A DNA stretch of 64,000 nt from Rubrivivax sp. (GCA_016707445.1 JADJHR010000013.1:12450-76449), one strand, 5' to 3'. Positions 37,974 to 48,653 are shown, counted from the first letter of the stretch. Numbers and translations are program-made. Notes: generated by a model from the sequence alone, not told the origin.

Positions 37974-39799
37974 GGTGGCGGGCGGCTGGCTTCGACCGGC
38001 TGCGCAAAGTGCGCCGCCTCGTCGTTGCGGCCGGTCAGGCGGCGCGCCACCGACAGTTCGGCGTCGAGATCGAAGCCGGGCGCGAAATGCAGCGATTGCA
38101 GCCGCCGCTCAAAGGCCGGGCGAAACTTCTGCATGGTGTCGCGCAGCGCGTTGCAGGCCGTGGCGCCCAGGCCGCAGTGGGTGGTGGCGTGCAACAGGTG
38201 GTCCAGTTCGAACAGCACGTCGAGGTCGTGGCGCGACCCCGCGCCCGCGGCCAGCTTGTCCATGCGTCGGCGCAGCAGTTCGGTGCCCACTCGGCAAGGT
38301 GTGCAGAAGCCGCAGCTTTCGTGGGCGAAGAACTGCGCGAAGCCTCGCGCCACCTCGAACAGGTCACGTCGACGGTCGAAGACCATGAAGGCGCCGGCGG
38401 TGGGCACGTCCTCGAACGCGATGCGGCGGTTGAACTCGAACTCCGACAGGCACTGGCCCGATGGCCCGCCGACCTGTACCGCCTGCGTGTGGCGCGCGCC
38501 GCAGTCTTCGAGGATGCGGGCGATGCGCGTGCCGAAGGGGTATTCGTACAGGCCCGGGCGCTCGCAGTCGCCCGACACCGAATGGATCTTGGTGCCCGTG
38601 CTCTGCGGGGTGCCGATGCCGGCCCACCAATCGCCCCCGTGCAGCGCGATGTGCGACACCGCGCAGAAGGTCTCGACGTTGTTGACGACGGTCGGCAGGC
38701 CCAGGTAACCCTTCTCGGCAGGGAACGGTGGGCGGATGCGCGGTGTGCCACGCTCGCCCTGCAGCGACTCGATCAGCGCCGATTCTTCGCCGCAGACATA
38801 GGCGCCGGCACCCAGATGCACGGCGATGTCGAAGTCGAAACCTGCGCGGCCCAGGATGCGCGCGCCCAGCAGCCCGGCCGCGCGGCGTTGCTGCAGCAGC
38901 GCCAGCAGTTCGTCGAGCAGCCAGCGGTATTCACCGCGCAGGTAGATGAAGCCGCGCCGCGCGCCGAGCACGAACGCGGCGATGGCCATGCCGTCGACCA
39001 GCGCATCGGCCTGTCGGCGCAGCAGCGCGCGGTCCTTGAAGGTGCCGGGCTCGCCTTCGTCGGCATTGCACACCACCACATGCTCGGGCCCGGGCGCCTG
39101 ACGGCAGGCCTGCCACTTGCTGGCCGTGGGGTAACCGGCGCCGCCGCGGCCGCGCAGGCGCGAGGTTTGCAGTTCGGCCAGCATGGCGTCGGCGCCACGC
39201 GTCAGCGCGGCCTGCAGCGCCTGCCCCGGCGCATTGGCCGAACCCAGCAGCACATCGGCACGGTGCACCGTGTCCTGCACGTGCGACCAGTCGGCCGGCC
39301 AGTCGTGCAGTGGCACCTCGTGATCGACCAGCGAAGCCAGCTGGTCGATGCGCTGTTCGTCCAGGTGCGTCACCACCAGGCGGTGATTGACCAGCAGCGA
39401 CGGCCCCTGGTCCGACAAGCCGATGCAGGAACAGGTCGCCACGCTGACCGCGCCGTCGCCGCGCGGCTCGCCGGGCGCCGCGCCGAGCTGCCGGCACAGC
39501 CGTGCCATCAACTCGTGGCTGCCTTGCTGCCGCTCGATGACGTTGTCGCTGAACAGCAGCCGAAAGCGGCCCACCGGCTGCAGATGCAGAAAGCGGTAGA
39601 AGCCGGCCACGCCCTCGACATCGCCCGGCGTGCGGCCGATGGCGGCCGCCAGGTCGGCCAGCAGGCGCCGCGGCAACCAGCCCAGCATGGCCTGCAGATC
39701 GACCAGCATCTGCACCAGCGCGTGCCGGTCGGGGCCATGGCGCGCCAGCACCGTGTGCAGCGCGGTTTCGATGTCGGGTCCGGCGGGGCGCGCGTTCAT
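37970..39799 (-). CDS. hoxF: NAD-reducing hydrogenase diaphorase flavoprotein subunit (NuoE-like N-terminus fused to NuoF-like body)
   Basis: 609 aa: GRGGAGYPTASKWQ (FMN/NADH site), ESCGFCTPCRVG (4Fe-4S). Confidence 0.9.
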   Translation of the reverse strand: MNARPAGPDIETALHTVLARHGPDRHALVQMLVDLQAMLGWLPRRLLADLAAAIGRTPGDVEGVAGFYRFLHLQPVGRFRLLFSDNVIERQQGSHELMARLCRQLGAAPGEPRGDGAVSVATCSCIGLSDQGPSLLVNHRLVVTHLDEQRIDQLASLVDHEVPLHDWPADWSHVQDTVHRADVLLGSANAPGQALQAALTRGADAMLAELQTSRLRGRGGAGYPTASKWQACRQAPGPEHVVVCNADEGEPGTFKDRALLRRQADALVDGMAIAAFVLGARRGFIYLRGEYRWLLDELLALLQQRRAAGLLGARILGRAGFDFDIAVHLGAGAYVCGEESALIESLQGERGTPRIRPPFPAEKGYLGLPTVVNNVETFCAVSHIALHGGDWWAGIGTPQSTGTKIHSVSGDCERPGLYEYPFGTRIARILEDCGARHTQAVQVGGPSGQCLSEFEFNRRIAFEDVPTAGAFMVFDRRRDLFEVARGFAQFFAHESCGFCTPCRVGTELLRRRMDKLAAGAGSRHDLDVLFELDHLLHATTHCGLGATACNALRDTMQKFRPAFERRLQSLHFAPGFDLDAELSVARRLTGRNDEAAHFAQPVEASRPPP

Positions 39800-39802
39800 C
39801 AG

Positions 39803-41149
<1,347 letters not shown>

Positions 41150-41319
41150 GGGCGGACTCTGAACGTGGGAACGGCACTGCGGCGGGCCCGCCACAAGCGC
41201 TGCACCATACGCTGCGGCGGGTTCGGTCCGTTGACCGCCATCAAGGCCGAAGGGGCTATGCGCGGCCGCGCGCCGTTCTGGGGCGAGCTTTCTAAACTCG
41301 CCGTGCGAGCCTGCTGTTC

Positions 41320-42492
41320 ATGCGCCAGCCGGCGTCTGGACCCACCACCGGAGACGACATCGTGAGATCCCTGGGCCAACGGGCCGACGGCCTTCGACTG
41401 GAACGCATGCGCGCGTCGCCCCGCTGGGACGGCGACGGTTTTCGCAATCGGCACCCGGTCCTGGCCGGCCTGCGCGACCTGACGGCGCCGCGCCCCACGC
41501 TGAGCGAGTTTCTGTGCGGCGGCTCGCGCCGCGTGCCGTCGGCACCGTTGCCCGCGGTCGATCCGCGCGCCGGCTGGCTGCGCGCGTCGGACAGCGGTCT
41601 GCGCGTCACCTGGCTCGGGCACTCGACGGTGCTGATCGAGATCGACGGCCTGCGCGTGCTGACCGATCCGGTTTGGGGGCCGCGGGCGTCGCCGTCTCGC
41701 CTGGCCGGCCCCAAGCGCTTCCAGCCGGTGCCGGTGGCGCTGAAGGCCCTGCCGGCGATCGACCTGGTGCTGGTCTCGCACGACCACTACGACCACCTGG
41801 ACTACGCCACGATTCGCGAGCTGGCACGCCTGGGCGTGCCCTTCGTCACCAGCCTGGGCGTGGGGGCGCACCTGCAGGCGTTCGGCGTCGCGCCGGAGCA
41901 CATCACCGAGCTGGACTGGTGGGAAAGCCACGATCTGCCGCACACTGAACTGGAGATCACCGCGGCGCCCTCGCAGCATTTCTCCGGGCGCGGCCTGAAG
42001 GACCGCAACGCCACGCTATGGTCGTCGCTGGTGCTGCGCACGGCGCGCCACCGCGTGTTCTTCAGCGGCGACACCGGCCTGACCACCGAATACGAGCTGA
42101 TCCGCCAGCGCCTGGGGCCCTTCGACCTGGTGATGCTGGAAGTGGGCGCCTTTCACCCGTCCTGGGGCGACATCCACCTCGGCCCCGAGAACGCGCTGAA
42201 AGCCTGGCAGTTGCTGGGCGGCGGTGCCTTCCTGCCGATTCACTGGGGCACCTTCAGCCTCGCGCTGCACGCCTGGGACCAACCTGTCGAGGCGTTGCTG
42301 GCGCAGGCTCCGGCGCTGGGCGTGCCGCTGCTGATGCCGCGTCTGGGCGAGCCGGTGGAACCCTGTCAGGTGGAAGCTGCTATGCCCTGGTGGCGCGGCG
42401 TGGACACGCCTGAACAAATGCCATTGACGCCGGTCGAGGCCCAAGCTGAGCTGCAGCGCCTGCCCAAGGGCATGCCCTGGCCGGCGGACTGA
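41320..42492 (+). CDS. MBL-fold metallo-hydrolase (NAPE-PLD-like)
   Basis: 390 aa: VTWLGHSTVLIE...VLVSHDHYDHLD.... Confidence 0.82.
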   Translation: MRQPASGPTTGDDIVRSLGQRADGLRLERMRASPRWDGDGFRNRHPVLAGLRDLTAPRPTLSEFLCGGSRRVPSAPLPAVDPRAGWLRASDSGLRVTWLGHSTVLIEIDGLRVLTDPVWGPRASPSRLAGPKRFQPVPVALKALPAIDLVLVSHDHYDHLDYATIRELARLGVPFVTSLGVGAHLQAFGVAPEHITELDWWESHDLPHTELEITAAPSQHFSGRGLKDRNATLWSSLVLRTARHRVFFSGDTGLTTEYELIRQRLGPFDLVMLEVGAFHPSWGDIHLGPENALKAWQLLGGGAFLPIHWGTFSLALHAWDQPVEALLAQAPALGVPLLMPRLGEPVEPCQVEAAMPWWRGVDTPEQMPLTPVEAQAELQRLPKGMPWPAD

Positions 42493-42564
42493 GGCTGTTC
42501 GAGGCCCTCCCATGCGCTCGGGTGCATGGGAGGGTCACCCACACTCGGCGAGCTGCGGTCTGCT

Positions 42565-43464
42565 TCATGCTTGGCGCAGGACGGTGCGGCAGACGATCGC
42601 AGCGCGCGTTCGCCGCCGACGCCCGCCCAGCAGCGCCCACAGGCCAAAGCCGGCCAGCGCCAGCGAGCCGGGTTCCGGAACATGGTTCAGGCCAACGACG
42701 CGGTTGTTTTCGACGTTCATGCCGACGATCGATGCCGTGAAACCCGCAGGCAGGTTGAACACCGGCCCACTGCGCGGGAATGTCAGCGTATTCAAGGCAT
42801 CCACACCGCCCGAATACAGCGTTGCGCCGGCCGGGATGATCGCGTCGGTGCTCACCGTCAAGCCCAGAAAGAAGAACAGCTCAACGTTGGCCGGCAGCGA
42901 CACCGTGTGACTCGTGATCGAACAGAACAGGCAGTTGAGGCTTGGGATGAACAGGCCGCCGTTTCGTTGCCCCATCGAGCCGTCGGCAAACTGGTTCACT
43001 TCGCCGAAACCGAAGCTCCCGGCATTGATGCCCAGCTTGCCGCCGAAGTCCCCGATGTGGGCGGAGTCCAGCACGAGATTCAGCGACACCTCGACCGTGG
43101 GCGTCGGGCCGTAGAGGATGAAGCTGGTGGCCACCTGCGCCTTGGCGGCGGACGTCGGTGTCGAGCTGCAGCAATAGTGCGTCACGTCGGCCGCCGCGCC
43201 AAGCCCATAGCCACTGACCTCGGCTGCTGCGTAGCCGCTGTCCCCGTTGGCACAGGTGTCGGACAGGCTTCTGACCACCGGCGAAGCCGAGCCGAGCGCG
43301 CTGAAGTTGCCGCAGGGTATCCCGCCGGAGACACCGAAGGTGGGCGAAGCCTGGGCCGGACCGGCCGTCGTGACCGTCGAGACGATCACGACCAACGGGA
43401 CCAGGAAGGCTCCGACGCGGCGCATTGACAGCCAGTGGCAGGCCACTTTCCATGCAAGCCTCAT
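42565..43464 (-). CDS. PEP-CTERM sorting-domain secreted protein, Cys-containing, otherwise unrecognised
   Basis: C-terminus VPEPGSLALAGFGLWALLGGRRRR (PEP motif, TM, Arg cluster). N-terminal signal peptide. Strong SD ggggag 6 nt before the ATG at 43464. Confidence 0.8.
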   Translation of the reverse strand: MRLAWKVACHWLSMRRVGAFLVPLVVIVSTVTTAGPAQASPTFGVSGGIPCGNFSALGSASPVVRSLSDTCANGDSGYAAAEVSGYGLGAAADVTHYCCSSTPTSAAKAQVATSFILYGPTPTVEVSLNLVLDSAHIGDFGGKLGINAGSFGFGEVNQFADGSMGQRNGGLFIPSLNCLFCSITSHTVSLPANVELFFFLGLTVSTDAIIPAGATLYSGGVDALNTLTFPRSGPVFNLPAGFTASIVGMNVENNRVVGLNHVPEPGSLALAGFGLWALLGGRRRRTRAAIVCRTVLRQA

Positions 43465-43551
43465 CGTTGTCTCCCCTCAAGGTTCAGGTGATGCGCTGGC
43501 CATTCGCGCCCGGTGCTGCCCCGGGCATGCCCGAATCGGGGCCAGTTCGGC

Positions 43552-43567
43552 GCGGCCCCTGTGCCAA
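43552..43567 (-). promoter_or_regulatory. candidate sigma-54 (-24/-12) promoter for the PEP-CTERM gene
   Basis: Minus strand reads tTGGCACaggggccGC, with correct GG-N10-GC spacing, about 90 nt upstream of the ATG at 43464. Confidence 0.35.
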
Positions 43568-43619
43568 GCCGCGCGACCATCATCGCGCAAGGGGCGTTTC
43601 GTCAGCGTTTCGCGGTCGC

Positions 43620-46600
43620 CTAAGCGATGCTGTCGGCCGACAGCAGGCGATCGATCAACTCGTCCAGCGGCAAGATGCTGGACGCCAGCAAGGCGCGCTG
43701 CGCTTCGTCCAGCGCCAGTTCGTCGCACCAGCGCGCGGCGCTGCCGCGGATGCCTGCTTCGGCCATCGGGTGCCGGCAGACCATGGTCCAGGTGCGGGCG
43801 GCCCCCAGCCGGTCGCCGGCGTCGCGCTGGAATTCGGCGTAGTACAGCGCGATGTCGAGCAGGTCGGTCACCAGCCCGAGTTGGCGCGCCATGAGCGCAG
43901 CACTGCGGAACCGCGCCCGCGCGTCATCGAGGCGGCCGCGTCGGGTCGCGATCCGGGCCAGTAGACAGTGGGCCAGCATCTCCACCGACTTCACCTCGGT
44001 GGCTTGGCTGCGCTGCAGTGCGCGTCCGATGTGGTGCTCGGCGGCATCCAGGTCCCTGAGTTCGAGATGCGCCAGACCAAGGCCGTTCTGAAGATAGGGC
44101 AACAACGAGTCGAGGCCGTGGCGCTCGCACAGCACCAGCCCTTGTGCCGTCACGTCGCGCGCGCGCGCCCAGTCGTCGCGCTCCATGTGAAGCACCCCCA
44201 AGTTGTTGAGGCAGCGGGCCGCGGCGTCGTGGCGGTTCAATTCGCGGTTCAGGGCAAGGGCCTGGCTGTATCGCTCGAGCGCGAGTTCGAATCGGCCTTC
44301 CTTCTTGGCAATGACGCCCAGATCGGCCAGCGCGCGGGCGGTCTCGGCGCGTTCGCCATCCTCGGTGGCAATGTCCAGCGCGCGCTCGAACAGCGGGGCC
44401 GCCTGGCGCCAGCGGCCGGCCGTCGAGTGGCAAGCCCCTTGAGTCGATAGACAGCCGAACAAGGTGCGGCGGTCACCCCATCGCTCGGCGATGGCGGCAC
44501 CGGCCGCGGCCAGTCGCATCGCTTCGTCCAGGTCGCGCCGGCGATAGCGCAGCGCCGCGATGGCATGCTGCACGCGCGCCAGGGCCGTCAGTTCTTCAGA
44601 ACCGCGCGCGGACATGGCCAGCGCGGGTTGCAGCAAGGCAACGCCGTCGGCCATACGGCCGCGCTGATCGTGGTAGATCCTCAGGCCACCGACCAGGGCG
44701 CTGACCAGATCGGGGCGCCGATGCGCGACCGCATGGCGCCACGCGGCAAACACATTGCTGTCGTCGGCGTCGATCGCGGCGATCAAAGGCTGAGGGTCGG
44801 TGATGTGCATGCGCTGTGCCTCGGCCACCCAACGCGCGAAGTACTCGGCATGGCGGCGCTCGACGGTCCGGGCGCGCTGCGGCTCGTCGGCCAGACGCTC
44901 TGCGCCAAACGAGCGCAGCAGCGGATGCAGCTGAAAGCGGCCGTTGGCGCCGACCGCCAGCAGGCACTTGTCGGTAAGCCCAGACAAAAGCGCCAGTGGC
45001 ACACCGGCCACGGCGCGCGCGGCGGCTGCGGCCAGGCTGCCGCTAAAGACCGACAGCGCTGCCATCGCCTGCTGCTCGGCAGCCGACAGATGCTGCCAGG
45101 TTTGCTCGAGCACAACGCGCAGGCTGGCGTGTTCTGGGCGAGCAGGGGCACCGGGCTGAGCCGGATCGCGCTCGAGCACGTCGATGGAACGCCGCAGTTC
45201 CCGGGCAATCTCTTGCGGCGGAAGCAGGCGAACCCAGGCAGCGGCAAGTTCGATGCCCAGCGGCATGCCGGCGCAGTCGGTGACGATGTCGACCACCGCG
45301 TCCACATGATCAACGAGCCGAAAGCCTGGGTGAACGACCTCGGCTCGCACAGCGAACAGCTGCACGGCGTCGAAGTGGACTGCAGCCTCGAGGTCTCGGC
45401 TCTCGTCGTCGGGTACCGCCAGTCCTTCCAGGGGCAGCACGGACTCGCCGGCGAGGTGCAGGCGCCCGCGAGAGGTCACCAGCAGCCGCAGGCCCGGGCA
45501 GGCCTGAAGCAAACGGTCGGCGACCCGGGGCAAGTCCACAAGGTGCTCGGCGTTGTCGAGAACGACGAGCAAGGCGCGAGTGCCCACCTGCCTGGCGAGT
45601 GCCGCGATCAGGTCACCGTCGTCGGGCCCGTCCAGTCGGATCAGCCCGGCCAGCCGAACGAGCGCGGCTGCTGCGTCCGGCAGATCCTGCAAGTCCACCC
45701 ACAACAGCTGGGGCGCGCCCTCAACCGCCTGCCGCGCGAGTCGGCTCTTGCCGAGGCCCCCCGCACCGCTGACCGTCACCAGCCGGACATTCGCTTGCGC
45801 CAGCCGTTGCGCCAGATCGACGAGCTCGGCCCGACGGCCGACGAATCGGCCTGCCGGGCCGGGCAAAGTCGGCGCCGGCAGTATCAGGGACGGTGGTGCC
45901 GCCACCGACAGACCGGCGGGGGCGCGCGATCGCTCCAGCAAGGCGCGCAGACGCAGCGGCGGCTCGACGCCAAGGTCGCTGGCCAGTCGGGCCGCGAAGT
46001 CGCGATACAGCTGCAGGGCCTGGACAGGGCGGCCAGCGTCCAGCTCGGCCTCGATCCAGGCTCCGACCGCCACCTCGTCGAGGGGATCCTCGCTCAGCAG
46101 CAGGCGCGCGAGCGCAATGCACTCGTCGGCGCCAAGCCGGGCGGCGAGGTGCGCGTGTGCGGCGCCGCGCCAGAGCGTCTCGATGCGCTCACGCTCGGCT
46201 GCGAGCCAGGCTGACCAACCACTCAGGCGCGGCGCGTCCATCCCGGCCAGCGCGGGACCACGACGCAGCGCGACAGCGTCGCTCAAGCGCCCCGCGTGGA
46301 CTGCCCTGCGCAGGGCCCCCACGTCGGTGACCACCGGCCATCGCAGCGCGTGCTCGGTGGCGACCACACCCCGCGCTTCGGGCAGCGGCAACGTGTTGAA
46401 GACGACCTTGCGCAGATTGCGCCGCGAGTCGGCATTGGTGCGCTCAGGCCAGAAGAGGCTGGCGATGCGGTCGCGAGACAGCCACTGCCCGTCCTGCGAG
46501 GCGAGCAACACGAGCAGCTGGTGCCGGCGCTCGGGAACGAAGGGGATGTCCTGCCGGCCCCGGCGAAGAACCGGGGCGCCCAACAAGAGCAGCGCGGGAT

Positions 46601-46730
46601 CGTCGATTGCAACCTCTGTGTCCTCGGGCACATCGGTAGCGTGGGGCAGCTGCAAACGCGGCGCATCCCCCAAAACCCGGGGGCACTGAGCGGACGCCGG
46701 ACCGGCGCGCACTGCGCGGCTGCCACGCAC
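43620..46730 (-). CDS. SARP/BTAD-family regulator fused to a STAND (NB-ARC-like) ATPase and TPR array
   Basis: 1036 aa. N-terminal winged-helix/BTAD-like region (LLLLGAPVLRRGRQDIPF...LLVLLASQDGQWLSRDRIASLFWPE), P-loop VSGAGGLGKSRLA, many C-terminal TPR-like repeats. True start uncertain. Confidence 0.8.
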   Translation of the reverse strand: MRGSRAVRAGPASAQCPRVLGDAPRLQLPHATDVPEDTEVAIDDPALLLLGAPVLRRGRQDIPFVPERRHQLLVLLASQDGQWLSRDRIASLFWPERTNADSRRNLRKVVFNTLPLPEARGVVATEHALRWPVVTDVGALRRAVHAGRLSDAVALRRGPALAGMDAPRLSGWSAWLAAERERIETLWRGAAHAHLAARLGADECIALARLLLSEDPLDEVAVGAWIEAELDAGRPVQALQLYRDFAARLASDLGVEPPLRLRALLERSRAPAGLSVAAPPSLILPAPTLPGPAGRFVGRRAELVDLAQRLAQANVRLVTVSGAGGLGKSRLARQAVEGAPQLLWVDLQDLPDAAAALVRLAGLIRLDGPDDGDLIAALARQVGTRALLVVLDNAEHLVDLPRVADRLLQACPGLRLLVTSRGRLHLAGESVLPLEGLAVPDDESRDLEAAVHFDAVQLFAVRAEVVHPGFRLVDHVDAVVDIVTDCAGMPLGIELAAAWVRLLPPQEIARELRRSIDVLERDPAQPGAPARPEHASLRVVLEQTWQHLSAAEQQAMAALSVFSGSLAAAAARAVAGVPLALLSGLTDKCLLAVGANGRFQLHPLLRSFGAERLADEPQRARTVERRHAEYFARWVAEAQRMHITDPQPLIAAIDADDSNVFAAWRHAVAHRRPDLVSALVGGLRIYHDQRGRMADGVALLQPALAMSARGSEELTALARVQHAIAALRYRRRDLDEAMRLAAAGAAIAERWGDRRTLFGCLSTQGACHSTAGRWRQAAPLFERALDIATEDGERAETARALADLGVIAKKEGRFELALERYSQALALNRELNRHDAAARCLNNLGVLHMERDDWARARDVTAQGLVLCERHGLDSLLPYLQNGLGLAHLELRDLDAAEHHIGRALQRSQATEVKSVEMLAHCLLARIATRRGRLDDARARFRSAALMARQLGLVTDLLDIALYYAEFQRDAGDRLGAARTWTMVCRHPMAEAGIRGSAARWCDELALDEAQRALLASSILPLDELIDRLLSADSIA

Positions 46731-46967
46731 ACCCGATTTTCCGAGATCGTCTGGACTGATGTCCTGGGCGAGGCGACCTGCCCGAGTTCGTTCGAGTTAG
46801 CGCGAAAGTCCACCACCATCATCTTGATCGGTTCGCACAGCCTCCAGGCTGGCATGGCACCAGTCCTGGTCGGCAGAGCTCAGCCGGGCAAACGCGGCCT
46901 CCATCGCCATCCGCGCCTGTGCATGGCCGGCGGCGTTGCCGGCAGCGCGTTCGGTGCGGGCCAATGC

Positions 46968-47702
46968 TTACTGCCCGAAGAAGGTCTCCAGCGCGGGCGG
47001 CTCAGCCTGCGCATCGACAATCGCCAGGCAGGCCAGCGCGTGCTGCCGGGCGCGCGCGGCGTCGCCGGCAGCAAGCCAGCTCATCGCCAGTCGGTCTTCG
47101 GCACGTTCGACCTGCAGCCAGCTGTCGGCCATCTGCCAGTAGCGGCGCGCGGTTTCGGCGGCCAGCAGCATCAGTTCGCGCTCGGCTTCGCTGCGCTCGG
47201 GCTCTACTTCCAGCGCCACCGCGATGCCGTTGGCATGGGCCGCCAGCGAGCGCAGCGCAGGGTCGCTGGCGGCCAGCGGTGTGGCCTCGGACAGATCAAA
47301 GGTCTGCTGCAACAGTTGCCGCGCGCGAACGCCGTCGTGCAGGGCCATGCAGGCCGCAGCCTGCGCCGACACCGTGATGCGCTCGTCGACCGCCAAGGCC
47401 TGCCGTGGATCGCGGTCGCCGGCGGCCAAATGCAGGCTGGCGCGCCAGCAGCGCAGCGCGCGGCCACTGGCGCCCGCCGCCTCGAAGGCCGGCGCCTGTG
47501 CCAGTGCGGTCAGGAAGCCCAGCGCATCGGCCCAGGCGCCCAGGTGTGCGCCATGCACATGGTGCGCCAGCCGCGCCAGGTCCATCAACTCGGCTTCGCT
47601 GCGCACGGCGTCCAGTGCCTGCGGCTGCCGCTGGGCCACGCCGGCAGCGTCGTCAGCATGGTCAGTCCAGGCCTGGTCGACGAATCCTTGCAGGTCGGTC
47701 AT
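46968..47702 (-). CDS. hypothetical helical (TPR-like) protein; ORF stays coding-like for 56 codons past its TAA
   Basis: 244 aa with high GC3 and no family I can name. Confidence 0.6.
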   Translation of the reverse strand: MTDLQGFVDQAWTDHADDAAGVAQRQPQALDAVRSEAELMDLARLAHHVHGAHLGAWADALGFLTALAQAPAFEAAGASGRALRCWRASLHLAAGDRDPRQALAVDERITVSAQAAACMALHDGVRARQLLQQTFDLSEATPLAASDPALRSLAAHANGIAVALEVEPERSEAERELMLLAAETARRYWQMADSWLQVERAEDRLAMSWLAAGDAARARQHALACLAIVDAQAEPPALETFFGQ

Positions 47703-47799
47703 CGGTTCTCCAGGTCTGGCCGAATCACGACAAGCGTCATGATGCCCGCGACAGCGCGCGGCAGGCAGCCGGCCACGACATCAGCCACACTTCGACCCG

Positions 47800-48009
47800 A
47801 TGAACACTGTGTTGCCGATGCCCACCACGCCTTCCCGGATGGGTGAATTGATCGACGCCATCTCGCACCACCGGCACGGCATGCACTTCCTGTCCGCCTT
47901 CGACCAACACGACGACGCCACGCAGGCGGCGCAGTTTGCCGACAACCTGCATCGGCTGCGGGCCAGGGAGCCGCTGCTGAACCTTGTCGACCGGCAGCGC
48001 GGATACTGA
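47800..48009 (+). CDS. hypothetical small protein (69 aa)
   Basis: High GC3, divergent from 46968-47702. No recognisable motif. Confidence 0.4.
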   Translation: MNTVLPMPTTPSRMGELIDAISHHRHGMHFLSAFDQHDDATQAAQFADNLHRLRAREPLLNLVDRQRGY

Positions 48010-48047
48010 GCCGCCTCCCCTCATCAACCCACCGAACGATCACCGCC

Positions 48048-48653
48048 ATGAAGCTGCATTTCTCGCCCACCTCGCCCTATGTCCGAAAGTGCATGGTCAG
48101 TGCCCACGAGCTCGGCGTGGCCGACCGCATCACGCTGTTGCCGAGCAAGGCCCACCCGGTGGACCGCGACGCCACGCTGGTGGCCACCAACCCGCTGGGC
48201 AAGGTGCCCGCCTTCATCACCGATGACGGCCTGGTGCTGTACGACAGCCGCGTGATCTGCGAATGGCTGGACAGCAGCTTCAACGGCCGGCTGTTCCCGC
48301 GTGAGGGCGCGGCCCGCTGGCACGCGCTGGTGCTGCAGAGCCTGGCCGACGGCATTCTCGATGCTGCCTTGTTGGCGCGTTATGAAGAAGCGGCGCGCCC
48401 CGAAGCGCTGCGCTGGGCCGACTGGCAAGCCGGCCAGATCGACAAGATCCGCACCGCGCTGCTGTCGCTGGACCAGGCGCCCGAGCAGCTGCAGGGCCGG
48501 GTCGACATCGGTACGCTGAGCCTGGCCTGCGCGCTGGGCTACCTGGACCTGCGCTACGACGCCTGGGGCTGGCGCACCCGCTTCCCGCGTCTGGCCGAAT
48601 GGGCGGCCGGCTTCATGCAACGGCCTTCACTGCAGGCCAGCTGGTCGGCGTAG
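48048..48653 (+). CDS. glutathione S-transferase family protein
   Basis: MKLHFSPTSPYVRKCMV...GKVPAFITDDGLVLYDSRVICEWL... (GST N-terminal thioredoxin-like fold). Confidence 0.88.
   Translation: MKLHFSPTSPYVRKCMVSAHELGVADRITLLPSKAHPVDRDATLVATNPLGKVPAFITDDGLVLYDSRVICEWLDSSFNGRLFPREGAARWHALVLQSLADGILDAALLARYEEAARPEALRWADWQAGQIDKIRTALLSLDQAPEQLQGRVDIGTLSLACALGYLDLRYDAWGWRTRFPRLAEWAAGFMQRPSLQASWSA

Noticed and set aside
41193-41207. Sigma-54-like element upstream of glgC (minus strand TGGTGC-agcgc-TTGT).
   Set aside because: The near-invariant -12 GC is replaced by GT and the -24 block deviates from the consensus (TGGTGC versus TGGCAC). This is too weak to call.
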